From positions 15,324 to 79,323 of the forward strand of contig DAHWUG010000001.1 in assembly GCA_027334715.1 (NCBI GenBank): a DNA stretch of 64,000 nt, in the 5' to 3' direction. The notes below the pieces were generated by a model that was not told the origin of the DNA, did not search any database, and was given only the letters and a program-made list of their open reading frames with translations. The DNA comes from Nanobdellota archaeon (GTDB taxonomy: Archaea; Nanobdellota; Nanobdellia; Pacearchaeales; GW2011-AR1). Shown one piece after another: positions 47,445 through 56,878 of this stretch. How positions within the stretch are numbered: position 1 is the stretch's first letter; each line of letters begins with the position of its first letter. The position numbers and the translations under genes were made by a program.

Positions 47445-48341
47445 ATGACTGAGAAAATAAAAATCACCTTTTTGGGAACGAGCGATGCAATTCCCACAGC
47501 AGAAAGAAATCATACTTCCATATGGCTGAATTTCGCCGGAGAAAACATTCTGATTGACTGTGGAGAAGGCACTCAAAGGCAGATAAGGAAAGCAGGACTA
47601 AATCCGTGCAAGCTCACAAGAATTTTGATAACACACTGGCATGCAGACCACATACTTGGCTTACCCGGCTTGCTTAAAACAATGGCTATGAGTGGTTATA
47701 ACAATACTCTTTATATTTACGGACCAACCGGCACAAAATTTCTTATGAATTCCTTAATGAAGCTGTTCGCAGTTCGTGATGAATTTAAGATAGAAATTAG
47801 GGAAGTTTCTGGAAAATTTCTTGAGACAGGGGCATTTTATCTGGCTGCTGAAAAAATGATTCACGGAGTTGCATGCAATGCTTACAGTTTTGTAAAAAAG
47901 GAGCAGGTAAGAATTGACAAATCAAAATTAAAAAAATTTGGAATAAGAGAAGGTCCTCACTTGAAAGATCTGAAGAAAGGCAAGAATATGAAGTACAACG
48001 GAAAAATGTACAAAGCAAGGAATTTGACTTATGAAGAAGAGGGGAAGAAGATAACATTTGTTTTTGACACAAAAATTAATGATAAAATTGTTCCATTTGC
48101 AAGAAATTCGGACCTTTTTGTCTGCGAAGCTTCTTCTGTTGATAAGGAAGGGGCAAAGAAATACCAGCATATGATGGCAGAGCAAGCTGCTGAAACAGCA
48201 AAAAAGGCAAAAGTGAAAAAACTTGTTCTTTCCCATATAAGCCAAAGAACTGAAAGAGACCTTAATGGAAATTTGTCAAGAGCCAAGAAAAAATTCGGCA
48301 ATATCATCATTGCAAAAGACCTTTATTCTGTTGAAATTTGA
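47445..48341 (+). CDS. rnz: ribonuclease Z (tRNA 3' processing, MBL fold)
   Basis: ITFLGTSDAIP, HWHADH metal motif; the ORF track starts at 47424, the likely start is MTEKIK at 47445. Confidence 0.8.
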   Translation: MTEKIKITFLGTSDAIPTAERNHTSIWLNFAGENILIDCGEGTQRQIRKAGLNPCKLTRILITHWHADHILGLPGLLKTMAMSGYNNTLYIYGPTGTKFLMNSLMKLFAVRDEFKIEIREVSGKFLETGAFYLAAEKMIHGVACNAYSFVKKEQVRIDKSKLKKFGIREGPHLKDLKKGKNMKYNGKMYKARNLTYEEEGKKITFVFDTKINDKIVPFARNSDLFVCEASSVDKEGAKKYQHMMAEQAAETAKKAKVKKLVLSHISQRTERDLNGNLSRAKKKFGNIIIAKDLYSVEI

Positions 48342-48356
48342 TTTTGAATAGAAAGC

Positions 48357-48365
48357 TTTTAAATA
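48357..48365 (+). promoter_or_regulatory. TATA box for the tRNA-Arg/tRNA-Cys transcript
   Basis: TTTTAAATA centred about 30 nt upstream of the tRNA-Arg 5' end. Confidence 0.4.
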
Positions 48366-48390
48366 GATTTCTCACATTAAAATTATATGA

Positions 48391-48513
48391 GCCCCTGTAG
48401 CTCAGCCTGGATAGAGCGCCTGCCTTCTAAGCGAAGGAAGGAATTCTTCCCATTTCTCTTTTAGAGGAAAAGAAGAAAGCAGGAGGTCGCAAGTTCAAAT
48501 CTTGTCGGGGGCG
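48391..48513 (+). tRNA. tRNA-Arg (anticodon UCU) with an intron of about 48 nt
   Basis: acceptor GCCCCTG/CGGGGGC, D arm GCTC/GAGC, anticodon stem CCTGC, loop CTTCTA then intron then GCAGG, T loop TTCAAAT. Confidence 0.7.
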
Positions 48514-48521
48514 TTAAACAT

Positions 48522-48594
48522 GCGGAGATGGCACAGTGGCTACTGCATTCGGCTGCAGCCCGAATTTTCGTGGGTTCGATTCCCACTCTCCGCT
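48522..48594 (+). tRNA. tRNA-Cys (anticodon GCA)
   Basis: acceptor GCGGAGA/TCTCCGC, anticodon loop CTGCAGC, T arm GTGGG-TTCGATT-CCCAC. Confidence 0.8.
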
Positions 48595-48601
48595 CTTTTT
48601 A
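48595..48601 (+). terminator. oligo-T terminator after tRNA-Cys
   Basis: CTCTTTTT immediately 3' of the tRNA. Confidence 0.35.
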
Positions 48602-48781
48602 ATAGCCATATCCCTGTAGATGTGACAGCCAGATTCCACACAGAGAAACTGGCACATATTAATAATAAGATTTTAGTAAAAATTAATTTTAATCCTGCAT
48701 AACACTTAACCAGTAATTATTTGAAAAATAGCTTAATTAACAGATGTTTTTTTCTTAATACTTTAATATGGATTATTTGCA

Positions 48782-49216
48782 TTACTTTGTTAAATCAAGA
48801 TAACCATCTTGCATTCTGATTTTATTCTTCGGATAAGGAATGTCTCTTGGTTTTTCCTCGTGACCCTCTTTTCTTAAATCTGATCTTGTTTTTTCCCTAA
48901 AATTCTTGAATTTCTGTACTGTATGTGCTTTTATTATTGCCTGATGGAAATTAAAAACCACCAAGAAAAAAGTTATTGATATGATAAGTGTGATTATATC
49001 CAAAGAGTAAGGGATTGGGTTAAGAATTGCAGAGGTAATAAAGATTTGCTGTAGTCTTCTTATAATCAGCAAAAAGAGAGTTATAATAAAAAAAGTAAAT
49101 GCAGTTCTTGCTTTTCCATCAAGTCTTTTTCTTGTGCTTAGCATTAAAAGAGATGATAACATATACAAGATCAGTATAACAAAGCTTATTGTGACAACAA
49201 TGTAATCTAATGCCAT
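48782..49216 (-). CDS. membrane protein, 4 TM
   Basis: 144 aa, hydrophobic helices. Confidence 0.45.
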   Translation of the reverse strand: MALDYIVVTISFVILILYMLSSLLMLSTRKRLDGKARTAFTFFIITLFLLIIRRLQQIFITSAILNPIPYSLDIITLIISITFFLVVFNFHQAIIKAHTVQKFKNFREKTRSDLRKEGHEEKPRDIPYPKNKIRMQDGYLDLTK

Positions 49217-49217
49217 T

Positions 49218-50909
49218 TTACTTTTTTAATAAATCTTTCAAATCCACCTTTTCCTCTATTTTTTTGCCCGTCTTTTTTTTGTGCCTCTCTCTTCTCGTTA
49301 TTGCATAATAAATAGCTGCACTTAGGGCAATGCTTAAGATAATTATAACTATTATATATATTTTTTCTTGCTGAGAAACAGCAGATGCCGCAACATTAAA
49401 TAACACACTTGAGCTAGCGATTTTTCCACTATAACTTACGCGGACATAAAGCACATACTGCCCATCAGGAGTTCCCCGCGGTATCTTAATTACTTGAGTA
49501 AAGCTTGCTTGTGTTTCAACTGCAACAGTACTACTGGAATTAGTTATTACCTTTCCATTGCTATCCTCTATTATGCAATTCATATTTGCATCAATTCTTC
49601 CTGTCTCTCCAAGGTTATACAAGGCAATATCTGCAATTATGTCATTTCCAGGACTTATTGTTTTATAACCATTTGGAATTGTTGCTTGCACATCGAAGAG
49701 ACTTTGCTTTGATTCAATATCTACTGCAACAATAACTTCCTTGCTGATTACTCCGGCAGTTATGATAATATTCCCTAAATAGATATTTGGAACAGTACTC
49801 TCTGTTGCTAAGAAATCAAAGCTTATGTTTTTTGATTCTCCCGGATTTAATGAAAATGAAGAATTGTCAATCTTTATGAAATCTACAAGTTTATCTTGTC
49901 CTAAATTAATTGTTAGGGGAGATGTCCCTGTATTTTTTATAACCAAACTTGCTTCTTTTATTTCTCCTTGATTAAGCTTTATACTAAGATGATCTGAAGA
50001 TAATGTAAATGATAAAGGAGCATATCCCCCTCCGCCTCCTCCGCCTGATGAAGTAATTGTTGGTGTTCCTCCAGAAGGAGTTTCTTCTGCGCTGTAAGTG
50101 CTGAATCCAGTGACATTAAAAATTAAAGTTCCGTCTAAGTAGCTTTGCTTTGTGCAAATTGTTGCAGGGCAGATAGAACCATCTCTTAATATTACAGGAT
50201 TTGAAAATGTTAAATTGTAAAGATAAAGGGTTGCAGAAGTATTAAAATTAGGAAGTGCAGTAGAATTTACACTTATACTATCAGAAGATATTGATGTATA
50301 GTTATCCAAACTTACGGCATTATCACTTAAATTTATACCTCTTGTAATATTAATTGTCTGATTGAATGCTATTTTTCCATAGTTTGTATTTTCCAGAACA
50401 ACATTGCTTAAATTCTGAAGATCCTTATAAGATAACTTGTTGAAATTTGTTGAACTCCCTCTTTCTGACCCCGAATAATTGCTGTAATAGACTATGAATT
50501 TACTTGAATTAACAGTGAAAGTCACACTGACTATGGAATTTCCGTTGGTGTTATTTGCATATAAATAGAGAGTGTGGATTCCTTGTGTCACGTTAAAAGT
50601 CGTATTGCTGTTTATTGTTGTGTTTGTTCCATTATCAATTCTGTACAAAACATAATCAGCGCTTAATGCTGTAAAATTTAAAGGAAGATCATTACCCGCA
50701 AAATAAGTGCTGTTTTCAGGATATGTTAATAGCAAAGTTGGTGGGCCTGTTACAATTATTGATAAAGAAGCTGTTGCACTTGTTGCATTTCCTGTTATAA
50801 TACTGCCTGTAACTGTTTGCCCTGTTATAGGGCCGGAATTTACTGTTCCTATGAAAAAAATAAGGAATGCTGCCGAGACTAATAATAAAAATCCTTCCTC
50901 TTTTTTCAT
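49218..50909 (-). CDS. N-glycosylated cell-surface protein with signal peptide and C-terminal TM anchor
   Basis: 563 aa; dense NxT/S sequons, GGGGGG linker, C-terminal TM followed by an RRERHKKK tail. Confidence 0.6.
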   Translation of the reverse strand: MKKEEGFLLLVSAAFLIFFIGTVNSGPITGQTVTGSIITGNATSATASLSIIVTGPPTLLLTYPENSTYFAGNDLPLNFTALSADYVLYRIDNGTNTTINSNTTFNVTQGIHTLYLYANNTNGNSIVSVTFTVNSSKFIVYYSNYSGSERGSSTNFNKLSYKDLQNLSNVVLENTNYGKIAFNQTINITRGINLSDNAVSLDNYTSISSDSISVNSTALPNFNTSATLYLYNLTFSNPVILRDGSICPATICTKQSYLDGTLIFNVTGFSTYSAEETPSGGTPTITSSGGGGGGGYAPLSFTLSSDHLSIKLNQGEIKEASLVIKNTGTSPLTINLGQDKLVDFIKIDNSSFSLNPGESKNISFDFLATESTVPNIYLGNIIITAGVISKEVIVAVDIESKQSLFDVQATIPNGYKTISPGNDIIADIALYNLGETGRIDANMNCIIEDSNGKVITNSSSTVAVETQASFTQVIKIPRGTPDGQYVLYVRVSYSGKIASSSVLFNVAASAVSQQEKIYIIVIIILSIALSAAIYYAITRRERHKKKTGKKIEEKVDLKDLLKK

Positions 50910-50942
50910 GCATTAGTATAGAAAGATTATTATTTAAAGTTT

Positions 50943-51491
50943 TTATCTTTTTTTCTTTCTTCTTGCAATCAAAAGCAAAATACCTACTACAATGATAAGC
51001 CCGATAATCACATACAAGAGCGTGCTATTTGTGTTTGACGACTTATATAGCAAACTCTCTGAATTATTGACAACTTCAACAGGAATTGTTGTTGAAAATG
51101 CGCTTGCTACATGAAGCATGCCACCCTGTCCTGATGAGATTTCATTGAACAAAACATTTATATCATATGTTTTTCCAATTTGTGCATTTTTTGGGAGCTG
51201 TATGTAAATATTAACTGGGACATTATCACTTCCCAAGGGCACGAAATACTGGGAGCTGTTTTCTGTAATTGTTGCTATATTGCCTTCGCTTGAAATTGAG
51301 GCGTTGACAGTTATGTTTTCTCCTCCAACCATATTCTGCAAAGCTAGTGCTATTGTTGTTGATTCACCTGGAGCCAGCTTTAAAGGATTCTGGGGCCAGT
51401 AAGGTGATGCAACCCCCGATGCAGAAATAAATGAAATTACAACTGCTAAAATTCCCAAGGATATGAGGGTTGTGATTTCTTTTTTTTCCAT
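50943..51491 (-). CDS. small cell-surface protein with signal peptide and C-terminal TM anchor
   Basis: 182 aa; C-terminal IIGLIIVVGILLLIARRKKKR. Confidence 0.55.
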   Translation of the reverse strand: MEKKEITTLISLGILAVVISFISASGVASPYWPQNPLKLAPGESTTIALALQNMVGGENITVNASISSEGNIATITENSSQYFVPLGSDNVPVNIYIQLPKNAQIGKTYDINVLFNEISSGQGGMLHVASAFSTTIPVEVVNNSESLLYKSSNTNSTLLYVIIGLIIVVGILLLIARRKKKR

Positions 51492-51529
51492 ATAATCTTT
51501 GTTATATCAATGTTTATCTATTTTTATAA

Positions 51530-52441
51530 TTATATCATCATGACTGTCCATGAACCATATGCCGCTGATGAATATGATTGTGAGCTTATACTTTGTGGGA
51601 CTCCTTTAAGGCAGAAGTACAAGGGCTCCTGTCCAGATGTTCCGTTATTGTAATTTAAGGTATTGTTTCCGGAGTAAATCCAAGCAGTTGTAACGTTAAT
51701 GGATGTTGCATTTAACATTGATGTTCCACTGCATCCTGCTGTAACATTGTCCACACTTAAGTTATTTGCGTAGATATACTGTGTTTGCGTTGTTTCCCCG
51801 CGAAGATCATATGCTGTTATATTAATGTTTGATATCTGCTTGTTTCCTGTATTATTTATAATAATAGGATTATTGCTTGAGCCAATATTTGAACTTGCCA
51901 GTGTTATTGCTGACCATGTTAATGATGTTGGCGACATTGTCATAGATGTTAATGTATTATATGTGAATGTTGTAGTTGAATTCTCAACATAATTTCCTAG
52001 CGTATCCTGTATTGACACATTTATTGTCCATGAACCTGGCTTGTCAAAATACCACATATATATTGTACAGGTGTAGTTCTTGTTATTTCCAACTGCCGCA
52101 TAAGGAAGACAGCTCGTATTGCTTCTTGTTGCCTGTCCTGCCATCTGGAAGCTTGCTTTTGCTGTTGTATCATTCAGATAGCTGGGTCCATTTCCATCGC
52201 TAGCTGTGAAATTGAATTGTATTGCCTTTGTTCCAGATTCTGTAGGATTTGCTGCAGAAATTGCATCAACATACGGAATTGTTGGTGGATTGCTTTGCAC
52301 TGTGATATTCAGAGCTGTTGTCCCGCTTGTTGCTTTACCAGTTACCTTACCCCATAAATCAGAAAAAATATTTGCTGATGCAAATGATATAATAAACACT
52401 GCAAAAATTGTCAAAATAAAAAATAAATACCCTCTCTTCAT
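51530..52441 (-). CDS. cell-surface protein consisting of one copy of a ~260-aa module duplicated in the next gene
   Basis: PPTIPYVDAISAANPTESGTKAIQFNFTA...CSGTSMLNATS block about 75-80 percent identical to residues ~935-1215 of the 1411-aa neighbour. Confidence 0.6.
   Translation of the reverse strand: MKRGYLFFILTIFAVFIISFASANIFSDLWGKVTGKATSGTTALNITVQSNPPTIPYVDAISAANPTESGTKAIQFNFTASDGNGPSYLNDTTAKASFQMAGQATRSNTSCLPYAAVGNNKNYTCTIYMWYFDKPGSWTINVSIQDTLGNYVENSTTTFTYNTLTSMTMSPTSLTWSAITLASSNIGSSNNPIIINNTGNKQISNINITAYDLRGETTQTQYIYANNLSVDNVTAGCSGTSMLNATSINVTTAWIYSGNNTLNYNNGTSGQEPLYFCLKGVPQSISSQSYSSAAYGSWTVMMI
52027..52150. repeat. near-identical (122 of 124 nt) segment shared with 53561..53684
   Basis: direct comparison of the two paralogous surface-protein genes; further identical blocks at 51705-51757 versus 53240-53292 and about 52200-52288 versus 53740-53822. 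Confidence 0.8.
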
Positions 52442-52481
52442 ATTACTATAAATACCACACTTAGCTTTTTAAACATTATTC

Positions 52482-55400
52482 TTATTCATTGATTTTGTTT
52501 ATTTTATTTTTTGCCCTTGAATAAACCGTCCATATATTCCTTTGGTCCCTTTCCAGCATCTGGGCTATCTCGCTGAATTTGAAACCCCTATTTTTTAAGT
52601 ATAATATTAATGATTCAAGGATTGTGCTTTCTCTTTTTGCAAAAACAGATAATGGCACTGACAATTTAGTTTTTGCATCAAACCTTTCTTCTTTTTTCCC
52701 TTTTGCCTTTTTATAAGATGTCCAGACTGTTCTTTCATCCCTTAAAATTGCCTTTGCAATTTCACTATAACTCATTTTCAAATTTTCTTTCATGTACTTT
52801 ACAATAGATTCCAGTGCTCCAAGCTCTTTTGAGAAAATAGAGACTGGGATACTTATGCTTTCACCAATCATTTCTGATATCTCTTTTTTGCTTATCCCAT
52901 AATTGTCTGCCACCCTTTCAATAACTTTTTCAACAACTTCATTACTTTTTAGGTCGGAATCTTCCTTTATTCTTTCTATTATGAGGTCAAGCGCCCCGAG
53001 GAGCTTGTCTTCTCCCTTCTTTTTCTGTTTCTTTTTTCTTCTAGTTGCGGGGATTACTGCAACAAGGAGAACCTTTACAATCCATGAGCCATAGGCAGAG
53101 GATGAATATGACTGTGTAATAAGATTTTGCGGAACTCCACGAAGGCATATATACAGCTCTTCCTGTCCAGATGTTGCATTGTTATAATTCATGGTGTTGT
53201 TTCCCCTCTGAAGAACCGCATTTGTCACATTTACTGACGTTGCATTTAACATTGATGTTCCACTGCATCCTGCTGTAACATTGTCCACACTGAAATTGTC
53301 TGCATAAATGAAATAATTCCCGTTTTGCTCACCTACTAGGTTATATGCTGTTACATTAAGGCTTAATGCTTCTGCATTACCTGTATTGTTTACAACAAGG
53401 GGATTATTTGTTGCACCCACATTTGCGCTTGTAAGATTTAATACTCCCCAGCTTAATGAAGAAGGAGAAACAACCATCGAAGTCAGCTGATTGTAAGTGA
53501 ATGTTGTTGAACTGTTTTCTCCATACGCTTGTGAATTGTCAAGGATAGTTGCATTTATCGTCCATGAACCTGGCTTGTCAAAATACCACATATATATTGT
53601 ACAGGTGTAGTTCTTGTTGTTTCCAACTGCCGCATAAGGAAGACAGCTCGTATTGCTTCTTGTTGTCTGTCCTGCCATCTGGAAGTATGCTGCAGCTGAC
53701 GAATCATTAAGATTTGACGCACCATTCAAATCCTGAGCTGTGAAATTGAATTGTATTGCCTTTGTTCCAGATTCTGTAGGATTTGCTGCAGAAATTGCAT
53801 CAACATACGGAATTGTTGGTGGTGAATTTGCAGAAGTTGTTTGGTATGTGAAGATGTCTGTTGCATTCAAATTGCCTGCTGTGTCATTAGTATAAAATCT
53901 CCATCTTATTGTTGAGCCGGAAGTGAAGTTTACACTTTTTGTAACATTACTCCAATTTGAGACTCCTGTCATTCCTATAAAACTATCGTTGACAAATGTC
54001 CCCGTGCCATTGTCAAAACTAAAAATATACCCACTTAATTCATTATTATCTGACCATAACAAGCTGTGTTGTACAGCTTCTCCTGCTTTTGTTGAGTTTG
54101 TCTGATTATTGCTCCATGTTGGCGCTGTTGAATCCATACCAACTACATAACTGTTGTTTAGTCCTGTATTTCCCAGTGTATCATTTGCATATGCATTTAT
54201 TGTCTGGTTTCCATCTGTAATTCCTGTCAAAGCATATGTTCCATTGCACCATCCAGAAGAAATAGCAACTGTCTGGTTTGCATTTCCTGCAACATTTACA
54301 GAACAGTCGTCAGGACCGACACCTGAATCTGTCACTGATACATTAAATATGAGGCTTTGTGTACTCCTATAGAATGTAGCATTTGTATAAACTGGCAATG
54401 TTATTACGGGTGAGGTTGTATCTATTGTGAGAGTCCTATTTGCTGCTGCAAAAGCGCAGTTTCCAGATGGATCACATGACTGATAATTCCATACATATAC
54501 TCCATCAGATATACTTGAAATAGTAAAATTAGTCTGGCTGTTATTTATTGGAGAAGAATTTGTTTGGGTTGCTGCCCATGTTCCGGATGTGTTTGTATAA
54601 ATTGAAACATTTGAAACCTCAAAATTATCATTTGCTATTCCGCTGAAGGTTATAGAAGATGAGGATGAATTCTGGCTGTTTACAGGGGAACTTAATGTGA
54701 CTATAGGAAAAATTGTGTCAACTAAAAATGTGTTGTTTAAACTAGAGAAATTGCAGGCACCATTTGAATCACATGACCTGTAATTCCATCTATAAACTCC
54801 ATTTGGAATTCCGGTTATTGTAAAAACCGTTGGTGTATTATTTATAGGCGAAGAGTTAGTCTGGTTTGCCGTCCAGCTTCCTGAAATATTCGTGAATACA
54901 GAAACATTTGACAGAGGGTATTGATAAGAAACTGCAGTTCCATTGAAAGTTATGTTAGAAGAGCTTGAGTTATATGAATTAACAGGTAAATTTAGTAATA
55001 TTTTGATGTTTGAAGGGGGAGCTGAAACAATATACTGTACTGCGCCGCTTATCCTTGCTGAGCTGCCATCTGCAGATTCTGCTGGTTCGTAGCACCTTAC
55101 ATTATACGTCCCTGTTTGCGTGAAAACAAGATTATGTGCTGGCTGGGAGGTATTTGTAGGAGCATTTACACTCGACAAAGATCCTGTGTCTGGATTAGAG
55201 CCATTTACTGTTATTGCTGTGCTCGAAGACATATTTGCCCATCCAGAAGATGACGTGTTGAACTGCAGGTATGTATTCACACTTCCGCTTCCTGTTGCTC
55301 CTGAGCCAGCCTGCTCAAAGATACAATAGGCAGTAACTGCATCATTTGTATTTAGCGCTCCTGTTGCGTTTGGTGCATAATAAACATTGTCCACAACAAA

Positions 55401-56717
55401 TATTCCGGGCTTTCCATCATGTATGAAATCATAAGAAACAGAATTGCCCACAGATTTCAAGTCAAAAACATCTTGACTTCCTTTTAAATCAGGAAGCGAG
55501 ATGTAATAGACCCCATAAGTCACATTATCAATTCTGCCAACAAGAGTATTTGAACTTTCTTCATAAACTAATATGGACGCGCTTTCATTATCCCTCACAA
55601 AGATGTCAATGACATTCTTATTTGTAAGATTCGCTGCAAAAAATGCCCTTACATAATCATTTTTTGGTATGGTAAAAGTTATATTGTCTGTTTGATTTAC
55701 ATAACTATAAATACTTCTTATGAAACTTCTATTTGCGCTGAGCCATTGAGCATCTGTTATTATGATTACATAAGTCTGGTTGCTCAAGTGGGGCGCAATC
55801 CATGAGACATAATCATAAATACCATCGTAATTTGTGTCTTTCACAGAAAGAGGTGTTATATAACTGCCATTTTCTTGCCAATAAATCTTTACCTGCGAGG
55901 GATTTGTTATATGCAAAGACTCTGAAAGGTTTGTGAAAACAAGGACATTTGTATAATGGACAATGTCTGGTCCAGAAATCCTGACGATTTTCCCAGACTG
56001 GGTATTTTGTTCTGTTGCTGTTGGTGCAGGAGTCTCGTAACTAATTTCATAATCTGTTGAATTTGTTTTATTAATGTCCATCTGAATCTGTTGAATTGGC
56101 TGCTGAACCACGAAGCCAGTTATTCTTCCAATACTACTGAGAAAACTGCCAGAAGCTGATGTTTTTGAAACAGAAAAAGCATTTCCTGAACTTATGTTTT
56201 CTGCTTCAGAAGGCAAAATCAATTTTATGCTAGAAGGCCTTTCCAATGAAACTTTTTTTATCCACTTGACTGGCTGGTTAAGAACTGCCTGCTGCTGTAT
56301 TGTTGTGACTATTGCGTTTACTCCAGGCTCTGTCGCGATTTCCTGTCCATTCTGGACGGCAAAACCTGTTGTCTGGAGATTTATCTGATTTAAGAAAAAT
56401 GCTGCAAGAATGATTGCAATGAAGACAGCAGAAATGACAGGCGCACGGATTTTATTTATACTCTTTTTATGTTTTTCAATCAGCTGTTTGCACTCTTTTA
56501 TGTAATTGTCATAGTACTCTATCCACTGTTGAATATTTCTTCCATCCCTGCTTAAGTGGAGCGTCTCGATATAAAATTTGAATGATATTTTTCCAGATAT
56601 ATAAGCATGATAAAGTCTTTTAAGATAGCTTTCAAAATACCTTTTTCTTTCTTCAGCAGCCCCTATATTTTTTCTTAACTCTCCTATGAAGGCTTTTGCT
56701 GATTTGACCTTCCCCAT
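52482..56717 (-). CDS. giant (1411 aa) two-TM surface protein with a cytoplasmic C-terminal tail carrying two HTH-like repeats
   Basis: cytoplasmic N-terminus, TM, about 1100-aa glycosylated ectodomain, second TM (IVKVLLVAVIP), then tail with SYSEIAKAILRDERTVWTSYKKAK and KFSEIAQMLERDQRNIWTVYSRAK repeats. Confidence 0.7.
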   Translation of the reverse strand: MGKVKSAKAFIGELRKNIGAAEERKRYFESYLKRLYHAYISGKISFKFYIETLHLSRDGRNIQQWIEYYDNYIKECKQLIEKHKKSINKIRAPVISAVFIAIILAAFFLNQINLQTTGFAVQNGQEIATEPGVNAIVTTIQQQAVLNQPVKWIKKVSLERPSSIKLILPSEAENISSGNAFSVSKTSASGSFLSSIGRITGFVVQQPIQQIQMDINKTNSTDYEISYETPAPTATEQNTQSGKIVRISGPDIVHYTNVLVFTNLSESLHITNPSQVKIYWQENGSYITPLSVKDTNYDGIYDYVSWIAPHLSNQTYVIIITDAQWLSANRSFIRSIYSYVNQTDNITFTIPKNDYVRAFFAANLTNKNVIDIFVRDNESASILVYEESSNTLVGRIDNVTYGVYYISLPDLKGSQDVFDLKSVGNSVSYDFIHDGKPGIFVVDNVYYAPNATGALNTNDAVTAYCIFEQAGSGATGSGSVNTYLQFNTSSSGWANMSSSTAITVNGSNPDTGSLSSVNAPTNTSQPAHNLVFTQTGTYNVRCYEPAESADGSSARISGAVQYIVSAPPSNIKILLNLPVNSYNSSSSNITFNGTAVSYQYPLSNVSVFTNISGSWTANQTNSSPINNTPTVFTITGIPNGVYRWNYRSCDSNGACNFSSLNNTFLVDTIFPIVTLSSPVNSQNSSSSSITFSGIANDNFEVSNVSIYTNTSGTWAATQTNSSPINNSQTNFTISSISDGVYVWNYQSCDPSGNCAFAAANRTLTIDTTSPVITLPVYTNATFYRSTQSLIFNVSVTDSGVGPDDCSVNVAGNANQTVAISSGWCNGTYALTGITDGNQTINAYANDTLGNTGLNNSYVVGMDSTAPTWSNNQTNSTKAGEAVQHSLLWSDNNELSGYIFSFDNGTGTFVNDSFIGMTGVSNWSNVTKSVNFTSGSTIRWRFYTNDTAGNLNATDIFTYQTTSANSPPTIPYVDAISAANPTESGTKAIQFNFTAQDLNGASNLNDSSAAAYFQMAGQTTRSNTSCLPYAAVGNNKNYTCTIYMWYFDKPGSWTINATILDNSQAYGENSSTTFTYNQLTSMVVSPSSLSWGVLNLTSANVGATNNPLVVNNTGNAEALSLNVTAYNLVGEQNGNYFIYADNFSVDNVTAGCSGTSMLNATSVNVTNAVLQRGNNTMNYNNATSGQEELYICLRGVPQNLITQSYSSSAYGSWIVKVLLVAVIPATRRKKKQKKKGEDKLLGALDLIIERIKEDSDLKSNEVVEKVIERVADNYGISKKEISEMIGESISIPVSIFSKELGALESIVKYMKENLKMSYSEIAKAILRDERTVWTSYKKAKGKKEERFDAKTKLSVPLSVFAKRESTILESLILYLKNRGFKFSEIAQMLERDQRNIWTVYSRAKNKINKINE

Positions 56718-56878
56718 TACTTACTATTTATGTATATATCCTTATAAATTTATGTAATATAATAAAAATACTTATTATTTATGTACTAAGAAAATAATCT
56801 TTTACTTCGAATTCATGATCTCCGTAATATATCTTTAATTTCAAAAAAGTTTTTAAAAGAAATATTCCTTAATGATCA

